From an uncultured Fimbriimonadaceae bacterium (GTDB lineage: Bacteria; Armatimonadota; Fimbriimonadia; Fimbriimonadales; Fimbriimonadaceae): a DNA stretch of 64,000 bases. The notes under the pieces were generated by a model that was given only the letters and a program-made list of their open reading frames with translations, made no database searches and was not told where the DNA came from. The stretch is taken from contig CALGMO010000082.1 of assembly GCA_937961665.1 (NCBI GenBank), positions 2,122-66,121 of the forward strand. The letters run 5' to 3'. Positions 1 through 8,527 of the stretch are shown piece by piece. How positions within the stretch are numbered: the first letter of the stretch is position 1; every line of letters begins with the position of its first letter. Made by a program: the position numbers and the translations under genes.

Positions 1-368
1 CCATCCCCGAGCTGTATGTGGACGGCGACCTCGGCGAGGGCGAGGCCGTCCTCCGGTCGCAGGCTTGGATCGAGACCCTGCGGCGCGGCGCGCCCGATCC
101 CGGAACCAGGTGCATCGCGGCCACCGTCGCCGGTGTGGACATCCACCTCCCGATCGCCGGGCTGGTCGACGAGCAGAAGGAGAGGGAGAGGCTCGCCAAG
201 GAGGAGGAGAAGCTGCTCGCCGACCTCGCCCGCTGCGAGGCGCGGCTCGGGAACCCGCAGTTCGTCGAGCGGGCCAAGCCCGAGGTGGTGGAGAAGGAGC
301 GACGCGCCAAGCAGGAGCTGGAAGCCAGCCTCGAGAAGGTCCGCCGACGGAGAGCCCTCTTCGGCTAG
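1..368 (+). CDS. valS: Valyl-tRNA synthetase, C-terminal coiled-coil fragment (5' end lies outside the window)
   Basis: The frame is open from the window edge. The tail ...LPIAGLVDEQKERERLAKEEEKLLADLARCEARLGNPQFVERAKPEVVEKERRAKQELE... is the typical ValS C-terminal coiled coil. TAG stop at 366-368. Confidence 0.85.
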   Translation, partial: IPELYVDGDLGEGEAVLRSQAWIETLRRGAPDPGTRCIAATVAGVDIHLPIAGLVDEQKERERLAKEEEKLLADLARCEARLGNPQFVERAKPEVVEKERRAKQELEASLEKVRRRRALFG

Positions 369-1198
369 TTCGAATCCACCTGGAACCCGGATGGCCCGGC
401 CTCGAACACGGCCGTGCCTTGGCGGTCCGTCCGCCAGACCCGCGCGCCGGACGCCGCCACCCTTCGCAGGGTCTCGGCGGAGGGGTGTCCGTACGGGTTG
501 TTCCTTCCGACGCTGAACACCACCCAGCTCGGGCGCAGCGCCCGGAGAAGGCCCTCCCCCGTCGACGAGCGCGAGCCGTGGTGCCCGGCTTTGAGCACCT
601 GGACCGGCGCCCCTGCGAACCGTCGCAGAGCCGATCCTTCCGCCTCGATCGGAGCGTCGCCCGTGAGCACGGCCGAACTTGGGCCACCCCGGATCCTCAA
701 CATGAGCGAGCCGGCGTTGTCCTCCGGAAGCGTCTCCGCAACCGCAACCTCCAGCCGGAAGCGCCCCAAATCGATCTCGTCGCCGTCGGCCAGCGGGATC
801 AGCCTCCCGGCGCCCACCTCCCTGCTCAGCGTCGCGAGCTCCGGCCTCTCGGCAAAACGCCGCGGGGTGGCGATCGCTCCGATCGGATAGGCCCGCCCGA
901 TGCCTCCCAACCCTCCGATGTGATCCGAGTCGGGGTGGGTGATCAGCACGAGATCCACGCGGTCCACCCCGAGCCTCCTCAGCTCTGGGACGGCCAGCCG
1001 CTCGCCCGCGTCCCAGTCCTCGTTCGCCGGCGCGGCGTCGATCAAAATCGTGGTACCTTCGTTCTGAAACACGGCACAGTCACCCTGACCCACGGCCAGG
1101 AACGCCAAGCGCGTGGGCTTCGGCTCGAGCAGGCCCCAGAGGAACCCGGCGGCGAGCCCCACCAGACCGAGGGCGATCATTCGGGATTCGAATCCCAT
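365..1198 (-). CDS. comEC: ComEC/Rec2 C-terminal part: one TM helix plus a metallo-beta-lactamase domain (separate ORF)
   Basis: Only the last 277 aa of the 707-aa track ORF look real (MGFESRMIALGLVGLAAGFLWGLL...). It has the MBL motif LVLITHPDSDHIGG and a later GHHGS. ATG at 1196-1198 is preceded by GGAGGGAGGA. The upstream 430 aa are Arg/Gly-rich shadow. Confidence 0.8.
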   Translation of the reverse strand: MGFESRMIALGLVGLAAGFLWGLLEPKPTRLAFLAVGQGDCAVFQNEGTTILIDAAPANEDWDAGERLAVPELRRLGVDRVDLVLITHPDSDHIGGLGGIGRAYPIGAIATPRRFAERPELATLSREVGAGRLIPLADGDEIDLGRFRLEVAVAETLPEDNAGSLMLRIRGGPSSAVLTGDAPIEAEGSALRRFAGAPVQVLKAGHHGSRSSTGEGLLRALRPSWVVFSVGRNNPYGHPSAETLRRVAASGARVWRTDRQGTAVFEAGPSGFQVDSN

Positions 1199-2583
1199 GG
1201 CTTCGGATCCTCCCTCCAGAGAGCGAGCATCGAGGCGTACGCCACCAGCAGCCAGCCGGCCCCGAACTCCGGCACGCGCGGAGCCGCAGCCTCCCAAGCG
1301 CCGAGCCAGTCCACGATGCCCACCAGCCACTCGGTCATCGGCGCCACGACCAAACGCATCGCGGCGGCCGCCACCTCGGGGAAGATGCCGGCTACGGAGG
1401 CGGCCGCAAGCGACCCCACCACGACGGGACCGACGCTGAATGCGATCAGGAGGTTCGACGCCACCGACATCAGCGGAACCTGGCCGAAGTGGTACGCGAC
1501 GAGAGGCGCCGATACAGCGCTGGCGACCACCGACGCTCTGCCCAAGGAGACCACCGAGGCCCTCGCGCGCTCCCTCAGCGTGTCGCCGGTAGGCCATCGG
1601 CCGCCGAACATCGCGAGGCCCATCACGGTTGCGAACGACAGCTGAAACCCCAGGTCCCAAGCGAGCCAAGGTTCGGCGATCAGGAACGCCAGAGCCGTGA
1701 GAGAGGTCACGGCCACGGCGTCCGGCTCCCTCCGCCATAGGTAGGCGCTCTGCAGGCCCAGAACCAATGCGACCGATCGGACGATGGGCGCCTGCAGGCC
1801 GGCGGCTAACGCGTAACCGGCCAGAGCAAGGGCGGCCAGCGCGAGCTGCGCGGCACGCGGCACCGGCAGCAGCGCCGTCAGCCCCAGCACGGCGAACGCC
1901 ACCACCGCCGCGTGCAACCCGGAGGCCGACACGATGTGCACGGTGCCTGTCAGCCTCAGGTCCCTCTGAAACTCCTTGGACAGCTCGCCGCGGACGTTGA
2001 ACAGCAGCGCGTCGACCGACTCCGCCAGTCCCAGCCCCAGCGCCCGCGAGGTGAAGTCCAAGAACGCGCGCCGCACCGCGATCGCCGAGCGAACCGCCTC
2101 GCTTCCGGTCCGAATCCACCTCAACGATCCACGGGGCTTCCAGCGACCGACCACGCCCCGCTTGCACCAGGCACCCTGCTCCGCCTCGTTCAACGGCTCG
2201 ACGACCCCGAGGCCCTCCAGCCGATCTCCCGGCGCGACGAGGGACCCCTTCGGCAGCGCCAGAAGCAATCGGCCCCACGAGGCCCGCGCCACCACCCACT
2301 CCCTGCCTGCGGAAGGACGCGACACCGTCTCCACCACGACGCTGCCTTGGAAGAACTCCCTTTCGTTCAGGATCAGGCTTGGAATCTTGAACGCAACCGA
2401 CCAACCCGCCAGAAAGGTCGCCGCCGCCAGCGCGCCGCGCCACCTGCCGAGCCAAGCGGCGAGGGCCAGCGCCGGGACGAAGAGCCACGGCGACTCGATC
2501 GCGAACAGGCCGAGGGCGTAGGCCAGCGTGAGCCAGAGGGACGGCCTAGCTCGGATCGGACCGGCCATGGGAGCGCTTCGCAA
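1177..2583 (-). CDS. comEC: ComEC/Rec2 N-terminal part: DUF4131-like region plus polytopic competence channel domain
   Basis: 468-aa ORF with many TM helices. The segment LRLTGTVHIVSASGLHAAVV is typical of the ComEC competence domain. It ends at a TGA 22 nt inside the next ORF. The start could be the internal Met at 2568. Confidence 0.8.
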   Translation of the reverse strand: MRSAPMAGPIRARPSLWLTLAYALGLFAIESPWLFVPALALAAWLGRWRGALAAATFLAGWSVAFKIPSLILNEREFFQGSVVVETVSRPSAGREWVVARASWGRLLLALPKGSLVAPGDRLEGLGVVEPLNEAEQGAWCKRGVVGRWKPRGSLRWIRTGSEAVRSAIAVRRAFLDFTSRALGLGLAESVDALLFNVRGELSKEFQRDLRLTGTVHIVSASGLHAAVVAFAVLGLTALLPVPRAAQLALAALALAGYALAAGLQAPIVRSVALVLGLQSAYLWRREPDAVAVTSLTALAFLIAEPWLAWDLGFQLSFATVMGLAMFGGRWPTGDTLRERARASVVSLGRASVVASAVSAPLVAYHFGQVPLMSVASNLLIAFSVGPVVVGSLAAASVAGIFPEVAAAAMRLVVAPMTEWLVGIVDWLGAWEAAAPRVPEFGAGWLLVAYASMLALWREDPKPWDSNPE

Positions 2584-2968
2584 GCCGCCTTTCGGCGATC
2601 TCCCGGATGCTCAAGCCCTCGGTGTCCGCGCGGCGTAGGGCGCTCCGCGTCGGCTCCGGCTGGGGCGTGTCCGAAACGACGAAAGGTCTCACCCCGAACC
2701 GAATCTCCTTGAACAGATCGGCCTCGCCGGCGAGTTCGTTGAGCCGAAGCAGAATCTGATCCCTCTGCATGCGCAGCTCTTGGGCCCAGGAGGAGCCGGC
2801 CACCGCCACCCACACGGTGCCCTTATCGTACCGGTCCGGGTGGCTCTTGCGCGCCACCACGGGGCCCACCACCTCCGGCCACCTTCGAAGAACGGACAGC
2901 GCGCGGGCCTTCCGCACCACCTCGGGCCGACCGAGCGCCTCCGCGATCCAGTCCTGAACCCGCTTCAC
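2546..2968 (-). CDS. DUF721 / DciA-like protein
   Basis: The C-terminal 140 aa of the 542-aa track ORF read VKRVQDWIAEALG...LRRWPEVVGPVVARKSHPDRYDKGTVWVAVAGSSWAQELRMQRDQILLRLNE...IRFGVRP, the pattern of DUF721 proteins that usually follow recF. The GTG start overlaps the recF stop (GTGA, 2965-2968). Confidence 0.75.
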   Translation of the reverse strand: MKRVQDWIAEALGRPEVVRKARALSVLRRWPEVVGPVVARKSHPDRYDKGTVWVAVAGSSWAQELRMQRDQILLRLNELAGEADLFKEIRFGVRPFVVSDTPQPEPTRSALRRADTEGLSIREIAERRLAKRSHGRSDPS

Positions 2969-4089
2969 CTCGCCTCCACGCGCCCGGATCGTACCAGAAA
3001 CAGCCTGGCCCGTCGGCGAACCTCCGGCGACACCAGATCCAGGTCGGTGCAGGTCAGCACCGCCTGCCCTGCGCGCTCGAGCACCCACTCGGCCAGCCTC
3101 TCCCGGCGGCTCTCGTCCAGGTCGCTCAGGATGTCGTCGAGCAGCAGCAGCGGAGGCAGGCCCCGCTCCCGGCGCTCCAGCTCCAGGGTTCCGAGCTTGA
3201 TCGCCAGCGCGGCGGTGCGCTGCTGCCCCTGGCTGCCGAAGGCGCGAGCATCCCGACCGCCGACCTCGATCCGGACGTCGTCTCGGTGCGGTCCTGCTGT
3301 GGTGCCGCCTCGGGCGACGTCGACCGCCCTGTTGCGCCGGAAAAGCTCGAGCAGTTCGTCGGGCGTGCGAGCGTCGTCCTTCTGCTGGTACGCGAGCCGC
3401 AGCGACTCTCCGGAACCCATGTGCCGTTGCACCTCGCCGGCGAGCGGCTCCAAATCGGCCCAGAAACGGCCCCGGAAGGCCCGCAGAGGGGCCCCGTGCT
3501 CGGCCATGTGGTGCTCCCAGGGTTCGAACGCCTCCGCCGCCACAAAGCCCTCCTGCGCGCTCCTCAGCAGGGCGTTTCGCTGCTCCAGCGCCCGCTTGTA
3601 CTGCGCGAAGTGGTGCAGGTACAGGCCGGACAGCTGGCTGAGCTCCAGGTCCATGAACGACCGGCGCACGGATGGCTCTCCGGTCAGGATCGGCAGGTCC
3701 AGCAGGCTGGCGCAGACGCTGGGCAACCGCCCGATGATGTCCGCGGCGCGGCGCAGGGGCAGACCGTTGAGCGACACCCGCTTGGCGGCCCCGCGCTCCA
3801 GCTTCACGGCCACCTCGGTTCGGGTGCCCAGCACCTCCGCGGCCACCCAAGCGCCCGCCTCTCCCTCCCGGATCGCTTCGGCGTCCCTCGAGCCGCGCAG
3901 CAGCCGCGTGGTCGACAGCAGGTGGAGCGCCTCGAGAAAGTTCGTCTTGCCCTGCGCGTTGGCCCCGAAGAACACGTTCAGGCCGTCGCCCAGCTCCACC
4001 TCCTCGTCGGCGTAGTTCCGGAAGTTCCTGAGCCGCACGACGCGGGCTCCCGCCACAGGGGCGGGCTTGTCCACGGCTTCCGGAATCAA
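2965..4089 (-). CDS. recF: DNA replication and repair protein RecF
   Basis: Walker A GANAQGKTNFLEAL, signature-like FGSQGQQRTAALAIKL and Walker B LLLLDDILSDLDESRR. Length 374 aa. Confidence 0.92.
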   Translation of the reverse strand: MIPEAVDKPAPVAGARVVRLRNFRNYADEEVELGDGLNVFFGANAQGKTNFLEALHLLSTTRLLRGSRDAEAIREGEAGAWVAAEVLGTRTEVAVKLERGAAKRVSLNGLPLRRAADIIGRLPSVCASLLDLPILTGEPSVRRSFMDLELSQLSGLYLHHFAQYKRALEQRNALLRSAQEGFVAAEAFEPWEHHMAEHGAPLRAFRGRFWADLEPLAGEVQRHMGSGESLRLAYQQKDDARTPDELLELFRRNRAVDVARGGTTAGPHRDDVRIEVGGRDARAFGSQGQQRTAALAIKLGTLELERRERGLPPLLLLDDILSDLDESRRERLAEWVLERAGQAVLTCTDLDLVSPEVRRRARLFLVRSGRVEAR

Positions 4090-4348
4090 GCCATACCTCC
4101 TTCTGAAGATCTTCTCTTTCTATTGGCGCCGCGCCCGGCTGTGGAAAAGTCGCCGCGGCTCGGGGAAAGTACAACTTTGCGGAGCGGTTTCAGGTTCGAC
4201 AGAGAGCCACGGGACGGTTGAGGGGCTGTGGAAAACTCAGTGGACAACGGCGCGATCCGTGCAGGTTCGCAGACGGATGGGCGCACGGTTTTCCCGCACG
4301 GATGGGCGCGCGAACGTTTCAAACGCTTTTCCACCATCGTTGTCCACA
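4067..4348. promoter_or_regulatory. Cluster of six DnaA-box-like 9-mers (candidate oriC or DnaA-binding control region)
   Basis: TTGTCCACG 4067-4075. TGTGGAAAA 4140-4148 and 4227-4235. AGTGGACAA 4239-4247. TTTTCCACC 4327-4335. TTGTCCACA 4340-4348. All read directly from the sequence, and there is a locally AT-rich stretch at 4095-4126. Confidence 0.6.
4273..4309. repeat. 12-bp direct repeat ACGGATGGGCGC x2 (4273-4284 and 4298-4309) between the DnaA-box doublets
   Basis: Exact match read directly from the sequence. Function unknown. Confidence 0.9.
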
Positions 4349-4407
4349 GCTTGGGGACCGGACCTCCGCACGGGCTACGAAGAGCCGGGCGGATAGAATG
4401 GTAGACC

Positions 4408-6105
4408 ATGTCGGTCTTGTCGTTGCCGGGCATGCTCCGGAACTCCTGCGAGCGGTACGGCGAGAAGGCGGCCATGCTCCACCACCAGAGCGGCGCCTTC
4501 CGTCCGATCTCCTACAGCCGACTGTGGGAGGAGGCTGGCCGGTATGCGGCCGCGCTGCGTTCGCTCGGCGTTCAGAGGGGCGATCGGGTCAACATCCAGA
4601 GCGAGAACTGCGTGGAGTGGGCGCTCGCCTTCTGGGGCTGCCAGCGGCTTGGCGCCATCGTGGTGCCGATCTACCCGACGCTGCCGGGGGAGATGAGCCG
4701 GCACATCGTTCGGGACTGCGGAGCGAGGACCGTCTTGTCTGGCACGGCGGAGCAGGCGGCCAAGTTGGAGGGGCTGGACGACGTCCGCGCGGTCCTGCTG
4801 AAGGGCTCCGGGGAGTCCCTCGCGGCGTTGGCCGGGTCGTGGGATGGACCCTTGCCGGAGGAGGACGTCCGCCCGGACGAGATCGCGATGATCATCTACA
4901 CGTCCGGCACCACGGGACTCCCCAAGGGAGCGATGCTGCGGCACGACTCGTTCACGATCCTGTGCCAGTCGATCCGCGAGGCCCTGCCCATCCGCGAGAC
5001 CGACGTGTTCCTGTCGTTCCTTCCGATGTCGCACGTGTACGAGGCCGTCGCGGGCCAGGTTCTGCCGATCTCGGTGGGAGCGACCATCGCCTACGCGCAG
5101 AGCCTCAAGAGCCTCGCGTCGGACATGGTGGAGGTTCGCCCAACGATCATGCTGTGCGTGCCGCGCGTGCTCGAGGCCATGCGCGACCGGATCGTGGAGG
5201 CCGCGTCCAAGGCGCCCCCGCTTCGGCGGAGGCTGTTCCAGATGGCGCTGCGGCAGGGATCGGCGAGGGCGCAGGGCAGGCCGGCGCCGCTGGCGGGGAT
5301 TCTGGATCGGCTGGTGGGAGCCAAGATCCGAGAGCGCACGGGGGGGCGGATCCGGTTCTTCGTTTCCGGCGGGGCGGCGCTTCCGCCCGCGGTTGCCGAG
5401 TTCTACGCGGCCTTCCGCCTGATGGTGCTCCAGGGCTACGGCCTGACCGAGACGACCGCCGTGGTCAGCGTGAACCATCCGGACGACAACCGGCCGCACA
5501 CCGTCGGCCCGCCGATTCCGTGCAACGAGGTGAAGATCGCGGAGGACGGCGAGATCCTGTTCCGCGGTCCGGCGCGCATGGTCGGCTACTACAACATGCC
5601 GGAGGAGACGGCCGCGGCGATCGACGAGGAAGGTTGGTTCCACACGGGCGATCTAGGAAGGTTCGAGGACCGATACTTAGTCATTACGGACCGGAAGAAG
5701 GACCTGATCGTCCTGGGCAACGGGAAGAACGTGGCCCCCCAGCCGATCGAGAACAAGCTGCGCGAGAGCCCGCTGATCGCCGACGCCGTGGTGGTGGGCG
5801 ACGGACGCGACCACATCGCCGCGCTCCTCGTGCCGGACTTCCACGCGCTGCGCCAAAGGGCCGGAGCGGCGGCCGCCAAGCTCTCGGATCAGGAGCTGGC
5901 GGAGAGCGAGGCGGCCCGGACCCTGATCAAGGCCGAGGTCGCCAAGGTGAACCAAGGCCTCGCCGACTACGAGAAGGTCAAGCGGCACACCATTCTGGAT
6001 CACCCGTTCACGATCGAGGGCGGCGAGCTCACCCCCACGATGAAGGTCAAGCGCAACGTCGTGCGGGAGCGCTACGCGAGCCTGATCGACTGGATGTACG
6101 GCTAG
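4408..6105 (+). CDS. AMP-dependent long-chain acyl-CoA synthetase (FadD-like)
   Basis: AMP-binding motif IIYTSGTTGLPKGAML, then GYGLTETT and TGDLG..., with the C-terminal PTMKVKR typical of acyl-CoA ligases. Length 565 aa. Confidence 0.88.
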   Translation: MSVLSLPGMLRNSCERYGEKAAMLHHQSGAFRPISYSRLWEEAGRYAAALRSLGVQRGDRVNIQSENCVEWALAFWGCQRLGAIVVPIYPTLPGEMSRHIVRDCGARTVLSGTAEQAAKLEGLDDVRAVLLKGSGESLAALAGSWDGPLPEEDVRPDEIAMIIYTSGTTGLPKGAMLRHDSFTILCQSIREALPIRETDVFLSFLPMSHVYEAVAGQVLPISVGATIAYAQSLKSLASDMVEVRPTIMLCVPRVLEAMRDRIVEAASKAPPLRRRLFQMALRQGSARAQGRPAPLAGILDRLVGAKIRERTGGRIRFFVSGGAALPPAVAEFYAAFRLMVLQGYGLTETTAVVSVNHPDDNRPHTVGPPIPCNEVKIAEDGEILFRGPARMVGYYNMPEETAAAIDEEGWFHTGDLGRFEDRYLVITDRKKDLIVLGNGKNVAPQPIENKLRESPLIADAVVVGDGRDHIAALLVPDFHALRQRAGAAAAKLSDQELAESEAARTLIKAEVAKVNQGLADYEKVKRHTILDHPFTIEGGELTPTMKVKRNVVRERYASLIDWMYG

Positions 6106-7748
6106 GCGTCGGCGAGCAGCGGCCTCGGAACACGGAACGGACGCTCGATCGGGCCCCCGCGCAGGTCCGCCGCGACCATCTCGATCGGCATCATGCCCGC
6201 GCGCAGGAAGGCCGAGTGGAACCCCTTGGCGCTCCATCCGGACGCCAGCAGCTCGCGCTGGAGCGCGTACACCTGCTTGCCGCCGATCAGGTACGCCGCC
6301 TGGTACAGCGGCTCGTACCCGCCCCGGAAGCTGCGACGCACCTCGCCCTCGGCGTTGGACCGCTCGTGGCCGACGCGCTCCACAAGGAACTCCACGCACT
6401 CCGGCGCCTCCATCTGCCCCATATGGAAGCGCAGCGAGAACACCACCCGCGCGGCGCGGTGCAGCCGCCAGAACAGCATTCCGATCCGGTCCTCCGGTCC
6501 CCTCGGGAAGCCGCGATCCCAAAGGAACAGCTCCCAGTAGAGCGTCCACCCCTCGATCCAGAACGGCGTGCGGAACACCCTCCGGTAGGGCTTGAACCGC
6601 TCTTGGTGGAACCCCTGCAGGTGGTGGCCCGGGATCAGCTCGTGGTGCACGGTGGCCCTGGAGAAGTGCGGGTTGTTGCCCCGCTGGCTCATCAGCTTGA
6701 ACGCGTGGTCCATGGCCTGGGTGGGGTAGGAGACGCTGATGGTCTCTCCGCCGTAGAAGAAGGGCGCGACCTTCTGCTGTTCGGCGGTCATCATGGTCAT
6801 CTGCCACACCTCCGAGGCCAAGGGCGGAACCTCGAAAAGGTCGTTCTCCGCGAGATAGCGCTCGGCCTCCTCCGCCAGCTCCGCGACCGCCTGCGGCTGG
6901 CGGCCGGGGGGCACGGCGGTCTCCTTCACGCGCTCGATCGCCCGCCTCCAGTCGTCTCCGCAGCCCATCTCGCGGGCGGCCTCGCGCAGGCGCTCCTCGC
7001 ACCAAGCCATCTCGCGCTCGCCGATCCCGATCAGGCGCTCCGGGGTCTCCTCCATCCACTCCCGCCGAAGGCCCTCGAGGAGCGCCTCTCGGCCCACCCG
7101 CCTGCCGACGATGGGAGGGTTGTCTCCGGTGTCCCCGGCGGCCTTGGCCAGGGCGCTCTGCAGGCGCTCCCAGCTGCTGGTCAGCCGCTTCCAGGGCTCG
7201 GCGACCCACCAGGTGAACTCCGGGTCGTAGCCGTCGTAGAAGGCGTGCCAATCGTCCAAGTTTTGGCGGAGGCTCTTGAGCACATCGGCCGCCACCGCGG
7301 CCTGCACGGGTTCCACTCCATCCTCGATCCGGCGGGCGGCCTCTTCGGCGTCGTGGGCCAGGCGGTGGATCCGCTCGGCGGCCTCCCGGCCTTGGATCCA
7401 GCGCCGGTCTTTGCGGTCCAGCTCCAGGGCGGAGGCGCTCTCGACCAGACCGAGCAGTCCCTCGGCTTCCCGGGCCAGCCGGGTGTCGGCTTCGTTTCGC
7501 GCCAGCGAACCCGCCAGATGGTTCTCGAACAGCAGGGCGTCGATCCGGCCCTCGCGGCTCAGAGGGTCGAAGTCGATGCCTCGCACGCGCTCCAGCCACA
7601 GCTCGGCCAGCCGCCTCTTGCGCTCCAGTGCGCGCTGCGCCCAGCGGGTGGGATAGCGGCGGTCGAGGGCTGCCCGATCGGCTTCGTACTCCTCGATCCA
7701 CGGCCGCAGCTCGCTGCCCGGTTCCAACGGGGTTAGAGGACGATCCAT
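6102..7748 (-). CDS. DUF885 family protein (metallopeptidase-like)
   Basis: The HELIPGHHLQ motif and overall length of 548 aa are typical of DUF885. Balanced amino-acid composition, unlike the overlapping shadow ORFs. Confidence 0.75.
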   Translation of the reverse strand: MDRPLTPLEPGSELRPWIEEYEADRAALDRRYPTRWAQRALERKRRLAELWLERVRGIDFDPLSREGRIDALLFENHLAGSLARNEADTRLAREAEGLLGLVESASALELDRKDRRWIQGREAAERIHRLAHDAEEAARRIEDGVEPVQAAVAADVLKSLRQNLDDWHAFYDGYDPEFTWWVAEPWKRLTSSWERLQSALAKAAGDTGDNPPIVGRRVGREALLEGLRREWMEETPERLIGIGEREMAWCEERLREAAREMGCGDDWRRAIERVKETAVPPGRQPQAVAELAEEAERYLAENDLFEVPPLASEVWQMTMMTAEQQKVAPFFYGGETISVSYPTQAMDHAFKLMSQRGNNPHFSRATVHHELIPGHHLQGFHQERFKPYRRVFRTPFWIEGWTLYWELFLWDRGFPRGPEDRIGMLFWRLHRAARVVFSLRFHMGQMEAPECVEFLVERVGHERSNAEGEVRRSFRGGYEPLYQAAYLIGGKQVYALQRELLASGWSAKGFHSAFLRAGMMPIEMVAADLRGGPIERPFRVPRPLLADA

Positions 7749-7801
7749 GCGCCTAGGCTAGCACGGGGGCCGGCTTCCCGCCAAGCGGGGCCGTCGGTAA
7801 A

Positions 7802-8527
7802 ATGCCGCGCATGCGCGGCACCCTGTTCAACGCGGCCACGGTCGTGTGCGGCGCGCTCGTGGGCATGGCGGTAGGTCGCTGGCTGCCTCCCGAGACGAAG
7901 GACATCGCCATGGGCGGTCTGGGCCTGCTGAGCGTGGGTCTGGGGGTCCGGATGTTCCTCGGCGGCCGCCGGGTGCTGGGCACGGCGGCCGCGATCGCCG
8001 GCGGCGGCGTGCTGGGCCACGCTCTGGGGATCGGCGCGGGCCTCGAGGCGTTCAGCGAGTTCGCCAGGCGCAACCTCGGAGGAGGCGGGGAGTTCAACAG
8101 CACGGTGGTGACGACCTCGATCCTGTACTGCGTGGGGCCCATGACCCTGCTGGGGTGTCTGCGGGACGGGCTGGAGGGCGATTGGGAGCTGCTGGCGGTG
8201 AAGGGGGTGATGGACGGCATCGGGGCGGTGTTCTTCGCCGCCACGATGGACCCCGTGGGCGTCCTCGTCACCGCCTGCATCCTGCTGGCGTTCCAAGGCT
8301 CGCTGACGCTGCTGGCCAAGCCGCTGCGCAGGTTTCTGGAAGACGAGGAGTACGGCCTGGAGATGGCCGCCGCCGGAGGTCTGATGATGGTTTCCATCGG
8401 TTTGGCGCTGTTGCGCGTCCGGGAGCTGCCGACGGCCGACTACCTGCCGGCCCTCGCCCTGGCGCCTGCGTTCGTGTGGGCCGGCCGTCGCTGGTCCGCG
8501 TTCCGGTCCGGGAGGGTGGCCCGATGA
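7802..8527 (+). CDS. DUF554 family membrane protein
   Basis: MRGTLFNAATVVCGALVG... N-terminus and a Gly-rich polytopic profile typical of DUF554 (YdfK/YqgA-like). The start may be the Met at 7811. Confidence 0.7.
   Translation: MPRMRGTLFNAATVVCGALVGMAVGRWLPPETKDIAMGGLGLLSVGLGVRMFLGGRRVLGTAAAIAGGGVLGHALGIGAGLEAFSEFARRNLGGGGEFNSTVVTTSILYCVGPMTLLGCLRDGLEGDWELLAVKGVMDGIGAVFFAATMDPVGVLVTACILLAFQGSLTLLAKPLRRFLEDEEYGLEMAAAGGLMMVSIGLALLRVRELPTADYLPALALAPAFVWAGRRWSAFRSGRVAR

Noticed and set aside
365-2488. Reading the 707-aa track ORF as one full-length ComEC
   Set aside because: Only its last 277 aa (TM + MBL domain) look like protein. The first ~430 aa are Arg/Gly-rich shadow. The true channel domain is encoded in a different frame (1177-2583).
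4067-4475. ORFs 4067-4396 (+, 109 aa) and 4086-4475 (-, 129 aa) inside the recF/acyl-CoA synthetase intergenic region
   Set aside because: They have no motifs and no convincing ribosome-binding sites, and their composition is atypical. The region is better explained as non-coding DNA carrying DnaA-box-like repeats.
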